This document shows positions 53,859 to 64,000 of a stretch of DNA of 64,000 nt, in pieces. The position numbers and the translations under genes were made by a program. Source of the stretch: Nannocystis bainbridge (GTDB lineage Bacteria; Myxococcota_A; Polyangia; Nannocystales; Nannocystaceae); NCBI RefSeq assembly GCF_028368995.1, contig NZ_JAQNDL010000003.1, forward strand, positions 608,001-672,000, read 5' to 3'. How positions within the stretch are numbered: the stretch's first letter is position 1; every line of letters begins with the position of its first letter. The notes under the pieces are model-generated. The model was not told where the DNA came from. It searched no databases and was given only the letters and a program-made list of their open reading frames with translations.

Positions 53859-53932
53859 CCTGGCTCTCGCGGCATGTCCGTGAGGGCATGAACCAAGGGA
53901 CATGCCCGTTCGGGCATGTCCCTTGATGCACG
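53859..53932. repeat. 14-bp-phased CATG array (6 cores)
   Basis: Cores at 53859, 53873, 53887, 53901, 53915, 53929. Confidence 0.88.
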
Positions 53933-53959
53933 TCCCGGCCGCGGCCGGCGCGGCCCGCC

Positions 53960-55093
53960 TCAGCGGTCCTCGCGGATCCGCCGGGCCAACTCCTCGTGCT
54001 CCGGGTACGGCGGCACGATCACCTCCGGCTCCGGCGCGCGCAGGGCCTCGGGCGCCGCGAACAGATCGGCGACCAGCCCGGGCGCCGCCTTCGGCTTCGC
54101 CGGCCCGAGCACCCGGTCGCGGTGGCGCGGCGCGTAGGCCTGCTTGAGCGCGACCACCCGCCGCAGCGCCGGCTCGACCAGCGCGTCGGGCAGGTGCTCG
54201 AGCAGGCGCAGCGACTCGTCGCGGAGATCGGCCTTGCTGCACACCAGCAGCGCGTCGAGCCCGGCCTCGAGGCTCCAGCGGACCCGCTGCTCCGGGGTGA
54301 AGTGATCGGCGACCGCCTTCATCTCGAGGTCGTCGCTGAACACCACCCCGTCGTAGCCGAGCTCGCCGCGCAGCAACTGCATCACCGGCGGCGACAGGGT
54401 CGCCGGCCGCTTGCGGTCGAGCGCCTCGAACAGCACGTGGGCCGACATGACGCTGGCGACCCCGGCCTTGGCCGCGGCGGCGAACGGGACCAGCTCGACC
54501 TCCCGCAGGCGGTCGAGATCGTGCGGCAGGCGGGGCAGCTCGAGGTGGCTGTCGGAGCGAGTGTCGCCGTGCCCCGGGAAATGCTTGGCGCACGCGGCCA
54601 CCCCGGCCCCCTGCATCGCCGTGACGAAGGCCGCGGCGTGGCGGGCCACCCGGGCCGGCTCGGCCGCGAAGCTGCGATCGCCGATCACCGGGTTGGCCGG
54701 GTTGGTGTCGACGTCGACCACCGGCGCGAAGTCGAGGCCGATCCCGAGGTCGGACAGCTCACGCGCCAGCGCCTCGGCCACCGCCGCCGTGGTCGTCGGC
54801 TCGTCGCGCCGCCCGAGCGCTCGCATCGGCGGCCACACGGTCCAGGGGGCCTTGAGGCGCTGAACGCGCCCTCCCTCCTGATCGATGCCCACCAGCAGCG
54901 GCACGTCCGGCGGGGCCGCCTCGTGCAGCGCACGCACCAGCCCGCGCAGCTGCGCCGGACCTTCGATGTTGCGAGCGAAGAGGATCACGCCGCCGATCCG
55001 GCCCTGGCCGAGCAGGCGGGCGAGATCCGGCGGGACCGTCGTCCCCTCGAAGCCGACGAACAAGAGCTGACCGGGCTGCCACCACGACGCCAT
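53960..55093 (-). CDS. nagZ: Beta-N-acetylhexosaminidase (GH3)
   Basis: GGVILFARN, DQEGGRVQR, KHFPGHGDTRSDSH, SDDLEM. Confidence 0.95.
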   Translation of the reverse strand: MASWWQPGQLLFVGFEGTTVPPDLARLLGQGRIGGVILFARNIEGPAQLRGLVRALHEAAPPDVPLLVGIDQEGGRVQRLKAPWTVWPPMRALGRRDEPTTTAAVAEALARELSDLGIGLDFAPVVDVDTNPANPVIGDRSFAAEPARVARHAAAFVTAMQGAGVAACAKHFPGHGDTRSDSHLELPRLPHDLDRLREVELVPFAAAAKAGVASVMSAHVLFEALDRKRPATLSPPVMQLLRGELGYDGVVFSDDLEMKAVADHFTPEQRVRWSLEAGLDALLVCSKADLRDESLRLLEHLPDALVEPALRRVVALKQAYAPRHRDRVLGPAKPKAAPGLVADLFAAPEALRAPEPEVIVPPYPEHEELARRIREDR

Positions 55094-55271
55094 CGCCGCG
55101 AGGGTACGGGGCCGGGGCGCGCGCCGCAAATTGGCCGCCGGCCCCGAAAGCGCCGCACGACGATCGGCCGAACTCCAGCGGCGAGTGACTTGTTCCCGAG
55201 ATTCCCGCGATCGGAGCGAGCGGGCTGGTTGACGCACCACCCCGTGGTTGTTAGCGTCCGGCGCCTCGCCG

Positions 55272-57419
55272 ATGCCGACCTCTCCGTTTTCGCGGCCACA
55301 CCGCCTCTTCTGGCTGATCCCGGCCTTCGGCCTCGTCAACCTGTTCAACGGTTCTTCCACCGCGCACGCGCAGGGCCCCATGGGCGGCGGCATGGGCATG
55401 GGCGGAGGAGGCATGGGCGGCATGGGCCCGATGGGCGGCGGCGGCATGCCGGGCCAGGGCGGCCAGGGCGGCGACAAGAAGAAGGAAGGCCCCGCCGAGG
55501 CGGCGCCGAAGGACAAGAAGGCGCTGCAGCCGATCGAGCCGGTGCCGGCGCAGCCCCGCGGCCTGCGGCAGCTGCAGCTGTTCGAGCTGCACGGCTACAT
55601 GCGCATGCGCGCCGACTACTTCCACCGCCTCGACCTCGGCGGCGGCAAGAGCAACCAGTCGACGATCGGCACCAACTACGCCGACAACGCCGCGCTCGAG
55701 AACCCGTACTTCGTGCCGCCGTCGGTCGCGGCCGAGACGGTCGGCGGCTTCGGCGAGGGCGCGACCGCCAGCGACGTCAACTGCGTCGGCTCGCTGACCG
55801 GCCTCGGCATCAACGCCAGCAAGGCCAGCCGCCGCTGCGGCCGCCGCAACGGGTTCGCCAGCGCCAACATGCGCTTCCGCATCGAGCCCACGCTGCACAT
55901 CACCGACACCGTCAAGGTCCACGCGCAGCTCGACGCGCTCGACAACATGGTCCTCGGCAGCACGCCGGACTCGCTGCTCGGCGACAACCCCAACGCGCCG
56001 ATCGACCTGTTCACGCGCACCCAGCTGCCGCCGTCGGACATGCGCAACAGCGGCCGCGACAGCATCGTCGTCAAGCGCGCGTACGGCCACATCCGCTTCG
56101 GCTGGGGCCTCGACATCAAGTTCGGCCGCATGCCGCACCACTGGGGCATGGGCATCGTCGCCAACGACGGCAACGGCTACTACCGTGGCGAGGCGGCCGA
56201 CATCGTCCGCATGCTCGACATGGACTACGGCGACTCGGTCGACTCGCTGCGCCTCGGGTTCGACTTCGGCAAGGACCGCCGCAGCACCCACACGCTCGAG
56301 TTCTCGTGGGACTGGGCCTCGAGCGGCCCGACCACCGCGCAGATCTTCGGCCCGTACTACGGCCCGTACCAGCAGGACCACACCACCGGTCAGACCTTCA
56401 GCGTCGAGAAGTTCGACAACGTCTATCAGTGGCGCCTGTCGATCCTCCGCCGCGACGACCCGGCCATGCTGCAGCGCAAGCTGTCGCTCGGGCGCCCGGT
56501 CATCAACTACGGTGCGATCGTGTGGGCCCGTTACCAGGCGGTCGACCGCGTCACCGGCACCCCCGGCATCGGCATCGACCCCCAGCAGAACGACATCTAC
56601 GGCTCCGACATCGGCAGCTCGGGCAACCAGTACTACGACCAGCTGCAGGACTACGCCAACGTCCTGGTCCGCCGGCGCGCGCTGGTGTTCACGCCCGACG
56701 TGTGGTTCCGCGTCAACTGGAAGACCCTCCGCGTCGAGCTCGAGGGCGCCGCCGTGCTCGGCCGGTTCCATGAGATCAACGACCGCGGCGCGTTCGACAT
56801 CTCGCAGGGCAACGACCGCGACGACGTCTATACGATCAACGGCCCCGACATGGGCCGCCGCTGGCTGACCCAGTTCGGCTACGCGCTCGAGTTCAAGTAC
56901 GGCCTGTTCAAGGACAAGTTCCACCTCGGCCTCGACCACGGGTTCGCCTCCGGCGACAACGACCCGCGGTTCCGCTACAACACCCCGTGGAACTCGAACC
57001 TCGACGATCGCACGTGGTCGAAGTTCCGCTTCAACCCGGCCTACTTCTCCGACCTGCTGCTGTTCCGCGAGCTGCTCGGCACCGCCAGCAACGCCGCGTA
57101 CTTCAAGCCCTGGCTGGCGTTCTACTTCTTCGACAACAACTTCTCCGGCCGCCTCGACATCGAGTACGCCGTCGCCCCCCAGAAGATCAACACGTGGGGC
57201 AACAAGGCCAACTACGGCCTCGAGATCGACGCGGCGTTCCGCTACCACGACCGCCAGGAGCCGATCTTCTTCCAGATCCAGTACGGCGTGATGTTCCCGT
57301 TCGGCGCGTTCAACCGCGGCGTCGAGTACAGCCCCGACGGCACCCTCGCCGGCCTGCCCAACAACGGCGACCCCAAGGCCGCCCAGACCGTGCAAGCCCA
57401 GCTCGGCATCCGCTTCTAG
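55272..57419 (+). CDS. Outer-membrane beta-barrel protein, TIGR04551-like
   Basis: Signal peptide, Gly/Met linker, ANMRFRIEP, DALDNMVLGSTP, GRMPHHWGMGI, FRFNPAY..DLLLFR, C-terminal Phe. Confidence 0.82.
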   Translation: MPTSPFSRPHRLFWLIPAFGLVNLFNGSSTAHAQGPMGGGMGMGGGGMGGMGPMGGGGMPGQGGQGGDKKKEGPAEAAPKDKKALQPIEPVPAQPRGLRQLQLFELHGYMRMRADYFHRLDLGGGKSNQSTIGTNYADNAALENPYFVPPSVAAETVGGFGEGATASDVNCVGSLTGLGINASKASRRCGRRNGFASANMRFRIEPTLHITDTVKVHAQLDALDNMVLGSTPDSLLGDNPNAPIDLFTRTQLPPSDMRNSGRDSIVVKRAYGHIRFGWGLDIKFGRMPHHWGMGIVANDGNGYYRGEAADIVRMLDMDYGDSVDSLRLGFDFGKDRRSTHTLEFSWDWASSGPTTAQIFGPYYGPYQQDHTTGQTFSVEKFDNVYQWRLSILRRDDPAMLQRKLSLGRPVINYGAIVWARYQAVDRVTGTPGIGIDPQQNDIYGSDIGSSGNQYYDQLQDYANVLVRRRALVFTPDVWFRVNWKTLRVELEGAAVLGRFHEINDRGAFDISQGNDRDDVYTINGPDMGRRWLTQFGYALEFKYGLFKDKFHLGLDHGFASGDNDPRFRYNTPWNSNLDDRTWSKFRFNPAYFSDLLLFRELLGTASNAAYFKPWLAFYFFDNNFSGRLDIEYAVAPQKINTWGNKANYGLEIDAAFRYHDRQEPIFFQIQYGVMFPFGAFNRGVEYSPDGTLAGLPNNGDPKAAQTVQAQLGIRF

Positions 57420-57668
57420 CAGCGGGCCGGCGGCCGGACCCGCTTGCGACGGGTCCGGAGCCCTGCACACGCACGACACGACGCCGCGACCCCGCGACGA
57501 CGGATCGGCCTCCTCCCGCGCCAGGCCCTGCGCGCCGCGAGGGCGCCATCCTCGTCTGCGAGCCCGTGCGCGCGGGTTCATGCCGCAGAGCTTGCCCCGT
57601 CCCGGCGGTCGACGTAGACCTGCTCGCAACCCGGTCCGCCCGCGACCTGCGCTCGGCCGGTCGCCTCA

Positions 57669-57731
57669 TCTGTCCCTCGCGCCATGTCCCTCGCGACATG
57701 TCCCGCGCGACATGTTCTAAAAAGACACAGG
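57669..57731. repeat. 14-bp-phased CATG array abutting the radA start
   Basis: Cores at 57669, 57683, 57697, 57711. Confidence 0.82.
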
Positions 57732-57735
57732 TCCC

Positions 57736-59124
57736 ATGAGCAAGGTCAAAAAGCCCCAGCAGCGCTGGGTGTGCCAGGCGTGCGGCGCGGTCTCGTCCGG
57801 GTGGTACGGCAAGTGCCCGGCCTGCGACGCCTGGAACTCGATCGAGGAGGAGGTCGCGGCCCCGTCGCCCGGCGAGCGGCCGGCCGGTCCGGGCAAGGTG
57901 GTGGCCTCGACGGAGGCGCAGACGATCGTCGACCGCCAGCCCCGCCGCCCGTGCGGCCTGCAGGAGATCGATCGGGTCCTCGGCGGCGGTCTGGTCCCCG
58001 GCAGCGTGGTGCTGCTCGGCGGGCCGCCGGGGATCGGCAAGTCGACGCTGCTGCTGCAGGCCTCGGTCGGGCTCGCGCGGCGCAACGGCGTCGTGCTCTA
58101 CGCCAGCGGCGAGGAGTCGGTGGCCCAGGTCGCGTCCCGCTGCGGTCGCCTCGGCGCCAGCCACCCGGGCCTCCTGCTGATGGCCGAGACCCGCCTCGAA
58201 GAGATCTTGAGCACCGCCCAGGAGCGCGCCAAGACCCTCGCCGCCCTCATCGTCGACTCGGTCCAGACCGTGCACAGCGGCGCCCAGGACGGCCTGCCGG
58301 GCAACATCAGCCAGATCCGCGCCGTCACCTCGGCCCTGGTCGGCTTCGCCAAGACCCACGGCGTCCCCGTCGTCGTCGTCGGCCACGTCACCAAGGACGG
58401 CCAGCTCGCCGGCCCGCGCCTGCTCGAGCACCTGGTCGACGCCGTGCTCTCGTTCGAGGGCGACGAGGAGCGGGCGATCCGCATGCTGCGGGCCACCAAG
58501 AACCGCTACGGCAGCACCCAGGAGCTCGGCGTGTTCGAGATGCGCGGCGACGGCCTGCGCGAGATCACCAACCCCTCCGAGGCCTTCATCACCGACCGCG
58601 ACAGCCCCGCGATCGGCTCGTGCATCACCGCCAGCCTCGAGGGCTCGCGCCCGCTGCTGCTCGAGGTCCAGGCGCTGCTGGCCGCCGCGTTCGGCAACCC
58701 GCGCCGCACCTGCGTCGGCGTCGACCCGGTCCGCCTCGCCATGCTGCTCGCCGTGCTCGACCGCCACGCCGGCGTGTTCGCCCTCGACCAGGACGTGTTC
58801 GTCAACGTCGTCGGCGGCATGCGCCTCGGCGAGCCCGCCAGCGACCTCGCGGTCCTGCTCGCCGTCGCCTCCTCGCACCGCCGCCAGCCGCTCCCGCCCG
58901 GCCTGTGCGTGTTCGGCGAGGTCGGCCTCACCGGCGAGCTGCGCCCCGCGCCTCGCACCGACGCTCGCCTGTCCGAGGCCGCCCGCCTGGGCATGAAGCG
59001 GGTGCTCCTTCCGACAGGTCCCAAACAACATGCCCTTTCGGCCAGGAAGCTGAAAGAGCAGCTCGACGTCGAGGTCCGCCTGGCCCGCACCGTCGGCGAG
59101 GCGCTCGATCTGGCGTTCAGCTGA
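57736..59124 (+). CDS. radA: DNA repair protein RadA/Sms
   Basis: CxxC..W.GKCxxC zinc finger, GPPGIGKSTLLLQ, DSVQT, KNRYG, Lon-like C-terminus GEVGLTGE. Confidence 0.97.
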   Translation: MSKVKKPQQRWVCQACGAVSSGWYGKCPACDAWNSIEEEVAAPSPGERPAGPGKVVASTEAQTIVDRQPRRPCGLQEIDRVLGGGLVPGSVVLLGGPPGIGKSTLLLQASVGLARRNGVVLYASGEESVAQVASRCGRLGASHPGLLLMAETRLEEILSTAQERAKTLAALIVDSVQTVHSGAQDGLPGNISQIRAVTSALVGFAKTHGVPVVVVGHVTKDGQLAGPRLLEHLVDAVLSFEGDEERAIRMLRATKNRYGSTQELGVFEMRGDGLREITNPSEAFITDRDSPAIGSCITASLEGSRPLLLEVQALLAAAFGNPRRTCVGVDPVRLAMLLAVLDRHAGVFALDQDVFVNVVGGMRLGEPASDLAVLLAVASSHRRQPLPPGLCVFGEVGLTGELRPAPRTDARLSEAARLGMKRVLLPTGPKQHALSARKLKEQLDVEVRLARTVGEALDLAFS

Positions 59125-59291
59125 GCCTCACGGCGTCCGCGTCAGCCGGCGCCCTCGCGCGCCTCAGCGGCAGGAGGCACCTGCTTCAATGCAAGCGGCC
59201 CCCTGCCCTCGCGCGCTTCCACGGCAGGACGCGAGGGCCGAGCCCTGCGCGCGCCTCTTCGTCACCGGGGCTCACACGCGCCGGCGTCCGC

Positions 59292-60374
59292 TCAGCGCAT
59301 GCACACGCGAGCGCGCAGCTTCGGGTCGTCGCCGAGCCCTTCGCGCGCCTCGACCGTCACGCCCGGGAACGGCATCCACTCGTCGTACGACGTGCCCATG
59401 TACTTGCTCGAGTGTGGCACCAGCACGAACCCGCCGGCGAGCTGCGGCACCCAGTCCTTCGGCTCGCCGAGCGGCTTGAGGTCGATCGGCTCGATCCCCG
59501 AGTTGCCGTCGCCGACGAAATCGACGATCCCGAGCGGCTGCGAGGCCGCCTGGACCGGCTGGGGATCGCCGCCCCAATCCATGGCGCACCCGTTCCCGAC
59601 CTGGGCCCCGCACTCGAAGCAGTGGAACGACGCCAGCCCGTTGGCGCAGCCGGTCGCCCCGTCGCCGTCGCCCTCGTCCCACTCCAGGCTCGCGTCCAGC
59701 ACGTGGACGGCGAACTTCAGGTCGCTGTGGACGTTCTTCTGGTACTGCGCCCACATCTCGAGGTGGATCGACTCGATCTGCTCGGACTCGATCGGCCCGT
59801 TCTTCGACACCAGCCGGCCGTCCTGTAGCGGGAACCGCAGCGCCATCACGCTGGTGCCGGTATACGCGGGGCCGATGTTGCCGTTGTCTTTGAACAGCGA
59901 CACCGTCGGCGCCCTGCCGAAGCTGACGTGCTTGCACTCCAGCATGGAGTACTCGACCGGCAGGTCGCTGAGCGTGCAGCCCGTGCCGACGCCGTCGTTC
60001 GCGTCGCTGAAGAACGTGTCGGCCGCGACCGGGACGTCGACGAAGCAACAGCCCTCCATGTCGAGCTGATCGCCGGGGCACAGGAACGGCTCGCCGGTGG
60101 TCTCGGTCGTCGGGTTCGGCCCGGTCGTCGTGCTGGGGTCCGACGACACGGTCGACGTGATGTCGTCGGTGGTGCTGGTCGTGGTCGGCGGATCGCCCGT
60201 CACGGTGACCGGCGGATCGAGCGTGGTCGGCTCGCTCGGGCCGACCGAAGTCATGCTCTGCGAGCTGCTGTCGGTGACGGGGTCCCAGGTGTCGAGGAAC
60301 AGCGGGTTCGGCTTCGAACAGCCGCCTGCGAGCGCCCCGCCCAGGAGGATCGCCGTGAACGAGCTCCGCGTCAT
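59292..60374 (-). CDS. Hypothetical Cys-containing lipoprotein with Thr stalk
   Basis: LAGGC lipobox followed by NPLF; Thr-rich linker; ADTF...WDEG.G domain. Confidence 0.78.
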   Translation of the reverse strand: MTRSSFTAILLGGALAGGCSKPNPLFLDTWDPVTDSSSQSMTSVGPSEPTTLDPPVTVTGDPPTTTSTTDDITSTVSSDPSTTTGPNPTTETTGEPFLCPGDQLDMEGCCFVDVPVAADTFFSDANDGVGTGCTLSDLPVEYSMLECKHVSFGRAPTVSLFKDNGNIGPAYTGTSVMALRFPLQDGRLVSKNGPIESEQIESIHLEMWAQYQKNVHSDLKFAVHVLDASLEWDEGDGDGATGCANGLASFHCFECGAQVGNGCAMDWGGDPQPVQAASQPLGIVDFVGDGNSGIEPIDLKPLGEPKDWVPQLAGGFVLVPHSSKYMGTSYDEWMPFPGVTVEAREGLGDDPKLRARVCMR

Positions 60375-60496
60375 CGAACACCCACCCTAACACAAACGCC
60401 CCGGGTTCGCCGCTGCGGCGGGGCCGGCGGCACCTGAGCGCGTTTTGATCCCCGGTCCTCCTCGCAATTTGCGCCGGCCTCGACTACATCGCCTGA

Positions 60497-61939
60497 ATGT
60501 CCGGCGCACCCGAGCTCTACGACATCTACGAGCGCTCCAACGAGGCCGTCACCCAGGAGTTCGACGTCCGCCTCCCGCTGTGCGAGGGCGCCGTCCCCGA
60601 CGAGCTGCGCGGCGTGTTGTTCCGCAACGGCCCCGGGCGGCTCGAGCTGTACGGCCATCGCTACGGGCATTTGTTCGACGGCGACGGGCACATCAACCGC
60701 TTCGCCTTTGACGGTCGTGGGGTCACCTACCGCAACCGCTACGTCCGCACTCGCGAGTTTCTCGCCGAGGAGTCGGCCCGGCGGATCCTCTTTCGCAACT
60801 TCGGCACCAACATCCCCGGCGGCCTGCTGAAGAACCTCCTGCGCACCCGGTTCAAGAACGTCGCCAACACCAGCGTCGTCCTCCACGGCGGCAAGCTGCT
60901 CGCGCTGTGGGAGGCCGGCTGGCCGCACCGGCTCGACCCCGGCAACCTCGACACCCTCGCCCGCGACGACCTCGGCGGCGCCCTGGAGAACCCCGGCAGC
61001 TTCATCGAGCGCATGGTCGCCCCCGAGCTGCCGTTCAGCGCCCACCCCAAGGTCTGCCCCGTCACCGGCGAGCTCTTCAATTTCGGCCTGGCCGCCACCG
61101 GCACCCGCTCGCGCCTGTGCCTCTACCGCGTCGACGCCAGCGGGCGGGCCGCCCGGCCCGAGTTCATCGACCTGCCGGGTGGTTACTTCATCCACGACTT
61201 CGTGCTGACCGCCCGCCATCGCGTCTTCTTCCTCACGCCGACCGCCTTCGACCTGCGCAAGATGCTGCTCGGCCTGGCGCCGCCGGTGCAGACCATGCGC
61301 GCCCTGCCCGGGCCGACGCAGATCCTCGTCGTCGACCGCGACAGCACCGCGCACCGCCGCACCGAGACCAGCGGCTGCTTCATCTTCCACTTCCCCAACG
61401 GCTTCGAGGACGAGCACGGCACGATCTTCGTCGACGGCTTCCGCATGCAGCGGTTCCCCGACCTCAACCCGCGGCCCGACCGGCCCGAGGATCACGTCAA
61501 GCCGTACCTCACGCGCTACCGCATCGACCCGGACGGCGGCGTCAGCGAGCAGACGCTCACCGATCACACCGGCGAGCTCGGCACGATCCGCCAGGACCGC
61601 ATCAGCCGACGCCACCGCTACGCCTGGTCGATCGGCTCCGCCCCCGGCCGCAAGGCCCCGTTCTCGACCGGTCTCCTCAAGATCGACTGCGACGCCGCCA
61701 CCACCACGTTCCGCGACTTCGGCCCCGCCCTCGCCGGCGAGCCGGTGTTCGTGCCCCGCCCCGGAGGCGCCGACGAGGACGACGGCTGGCTGCTGTCGAT
61801 GCACTACGTCGACGACGAGCGCGCCAACCACCTGCTGGTCCTCGACGCCCGCGACCTCGCCACCGTCGCCCGCCTGCGCTTGCCCCACGCCACGCCGCTC
61901 GGCTTCCACGGCACCTTCGTGGCCGACGCCGAGGACTGA
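60497..61939 (+). CDS. Carotenoid oxygenase (RPE65/CCD family)
   Basis: RNGPG, HLFDGDG, FSAHPK, IHDF, FHF.N, GEPVFVP, EDDGWL, GFHG (four His). Confidence 0.95.
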   Translation: MSGAPELYDIYERSNEAVTQEFDVRLPLCEGAVPDELRGVLFRNGPGRLELYGHRYGHLFDGDGHINRFAFDGRGVTYRNRYVRTREFLAEESARRILFRNFGTNIPGGLLKNLLRTRFKNVANTSVVLHGGKLLALWEAGWPHRLDPGNLDTLARDDLGGALENPGSFIERMVAPELPFSAHPKVCPVTGELFNFGLAATGTRSRLCLYRVDASGRAARPEFIDLPGGYFIHDFVLTARHRVFFLTPTAFDLRKMLLGLAPPVQTMRALPGPTQILVVDRDSTAHRRTETSGCFIFHFPNGFEDEHGTIFVDGFRMQRFPDLNPRPDRPEDHVKPYLTRYRIDPDGGVSEQTLTDHTGELGTIRQDRISRRHRYAWSIGSAPGRKAPFSTGLLKIDCDAATTTFRDFGPALAGEPVFVPRPGGADEDDGWLLSMHYVDDERANHLLVLDARDLATVARLRLPHATPLGFHGTFVADAED

Positions 61940-61948
61940 CGCTTCGGA

Positions 61949-62010
61949 CATGCCCTCGAGGACATGCCCTTTCGCGCATGTCCGTGCGGGCATGTCCCCT
62001 GCGACATGCC
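61949..62010. repeat. 14-bp-phased CATG array (5 cores)
   Basis: Cores at 61949, 61963, 61977, 61991, 62005. Confidence 0.88.
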
Positions 62011-62064
62011 TCGAAGACGACCCGGGCGCGCGCCCTCGCGCTCGTTAGGAAAAGACGACGGTCG

Positions 62065-62934
62065 TCACAGCAGCGGCCGCAGGTGCTCGCGGGCCCACGC
62101 GTCCAGGCTCGTCGGCGTCGTCGTCGCCGCGGTCCTTCGATCTTCGGCGACGAAGCCCTCGCGCATCCCGGCCGCCATGCCGACGATCGCCTCGATCTGC
62201 GGCTTCGACATGCCGGCCTGCGCCAGCGCGGCGCGGACCTCGTCGTCGGAGCTCTGGACCGCCGCGATGCGCCGGCCCAGCGCCTGCGACAGCACGCCCG
62301 CCGCCTCGACGAAGCTGAGGTCGCGCGGGCCGTGGACCGCCTGCACCTGGCGGCCGGTCCACGTCGTCGAGAGCAACCGCGCCGCCGCCACCTCGCCGAT
62401 GTCGCGCGGATCGACCCACGGCAGCGGGCGATCGATCGCCATCGCGGTCGCCAGCACGCCGCCGCGGAGCGACTCCACCTCGAGCAGCAAGTTGGTGAAG
62501 AAATAGCCGCAGCGCAGGTGCGTGACCGCCACGCCGAGCCCGTCGAGCGCGACCTCGGTCGCGGCCAGCCCGTCGATGTCGCCCATCCCGTGGCGCCTCT
62601 CGGCGCCGACGCTCGACTGGAAGACCACGCGCGGGATGGCGTTCTCCCGCACCGCGCGGACCAGGTTGGCGGCCAGCCGCGCGTAACCTTCGAGCGGGTC
62701 GTCGGCGCCGGTCGGCGGCGCCACCCAGTACAGCGCCGTCGCGCCCCGCGTGGCGGCGACGACGGCGTCGGCGTCGAGTTGGTCGGCCTCGACGACCTCG
62801 ACCCGCTCGCGCAGCGCGGCGTCGATGCGGGCGGCGCTGCGCACCAGCACCCGGGGTCGTTCGCCGGCCTGGACCAGCAGGTGGGTCACGCGCGAGCCGA
62901 CATGCCCGGTCGGCGTGGTCACGACGATGCTCAT
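62065..62934 (-). CDS. NmrA family NAD(P)-binding protein
   Basis: VVTTPTGHVGS, SSVGA, LRCGYFFTN, VDPRDIG. Confidence 0.9.
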   Translation of the reverse strand: MSIVVTTPTGHVGSRVTHLLVQAGERPRVLVRSAARIDAALRERVEVVEADQLDADAVVAATRGATALYWVAPPTGADDPLEGYARLAANLVRAVRENAIPRVVFQSSVGAERRHGMGDIDGLAATEVALDGLGVAVTHLRCGYFFTNLLLEVESLRGGVLATAMAIDRPLPWVDPRDIGEVAAARLLSTTWTGRQVQAVHGPRDLSFVEAAGVLSQALGRRIAAVQSSDDEVRAALAQAGMSKPQIEAIVGMAAGMREGFVAEDRRTAATTTPTSLDAWAREHLRPLL

Positions 62935-62943
62935 GGCGCTCCC

Positions 62944-63127
62944 CTCTCTGTCTCTTGGGTCATGTCACAGACCGCACGGCGCGACGCGCCGTACTGTCTC
63001 TCGGGTCATATCACCGACCGCACAGCGCGACGCGCCGTGCTGACTCTTAAGCCATGCCGCCGCCCGCACGGCGCGGTGACTCTCTCTGTCTCTTGGGTCA
63101 TGTCACCGCCCGCACGGCGCGACGACC
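62944..63127. repeat. About 46-bp tandem repeat x4 (ctgtctcttgggtcatgtcac...cgcacggcgcgacg)
   Basis: Four imperfect copies between the recA 3' end and the NmrA gene start. Confidence 0.82.
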
Positions 63128-63177
63128 TTGAACGGTAGCGTCGCGCCGCTGGCTCGCGTGGCCAGCCGGCGGGGCCT

Positions 63178-63999
<822 letters not shown>

Positions 64000-64000
64000 C

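Noticed and set aside
58498-58512. RadA KNRYG instead of KNRFG as an inactivating change
   Set aside because: A conservative aromatic substitution; all other RadA motifs are intact

Overview
A very GC-rich bacterial window. Its gene content (ADYC-domain protein, FHA-sigma54 activator, TIGR04551-like barrel, many lipoproteins with Thr/Ser stalks) points to a myxobacterium, probably Nannocystis-like; this is inference only. It holds about 55 CDS, including tadA, tatB/tatC, pspA, uppS/cdsA, MoxR-DUF58-vWA, moeB/Z, nagZ, radA and a partial recA, plus tRNA-Ser(GCT) and tRNA-Arg(ACG). No transposase, integrase or CRISPR-Cas is evident. The most striking unexplained structure is a dispersed DNA motif: CATG (or CCTG/CAGG) cores repeated at an exact 14-bp phase, with an idealised unit TGTCC-N4-GGACA. 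It forms arrays of 2-7 cores at most convergent gene junctions, sits in phase inside many CDS (tatB, radA, DUF58, GH92 and others), and is the core of three minisatellites. Other notable items are tadA next to its substrate tRNA-Arg(ACG), an apparently inactive MBL/beta-CASP-like protein ending in a clamp-binding-like motif, a pair of coupled paralogous secreted unknowns, a Rof-like protein and a COQ4-like gene. All protein calls come from motif recognition by eye, not database searches.
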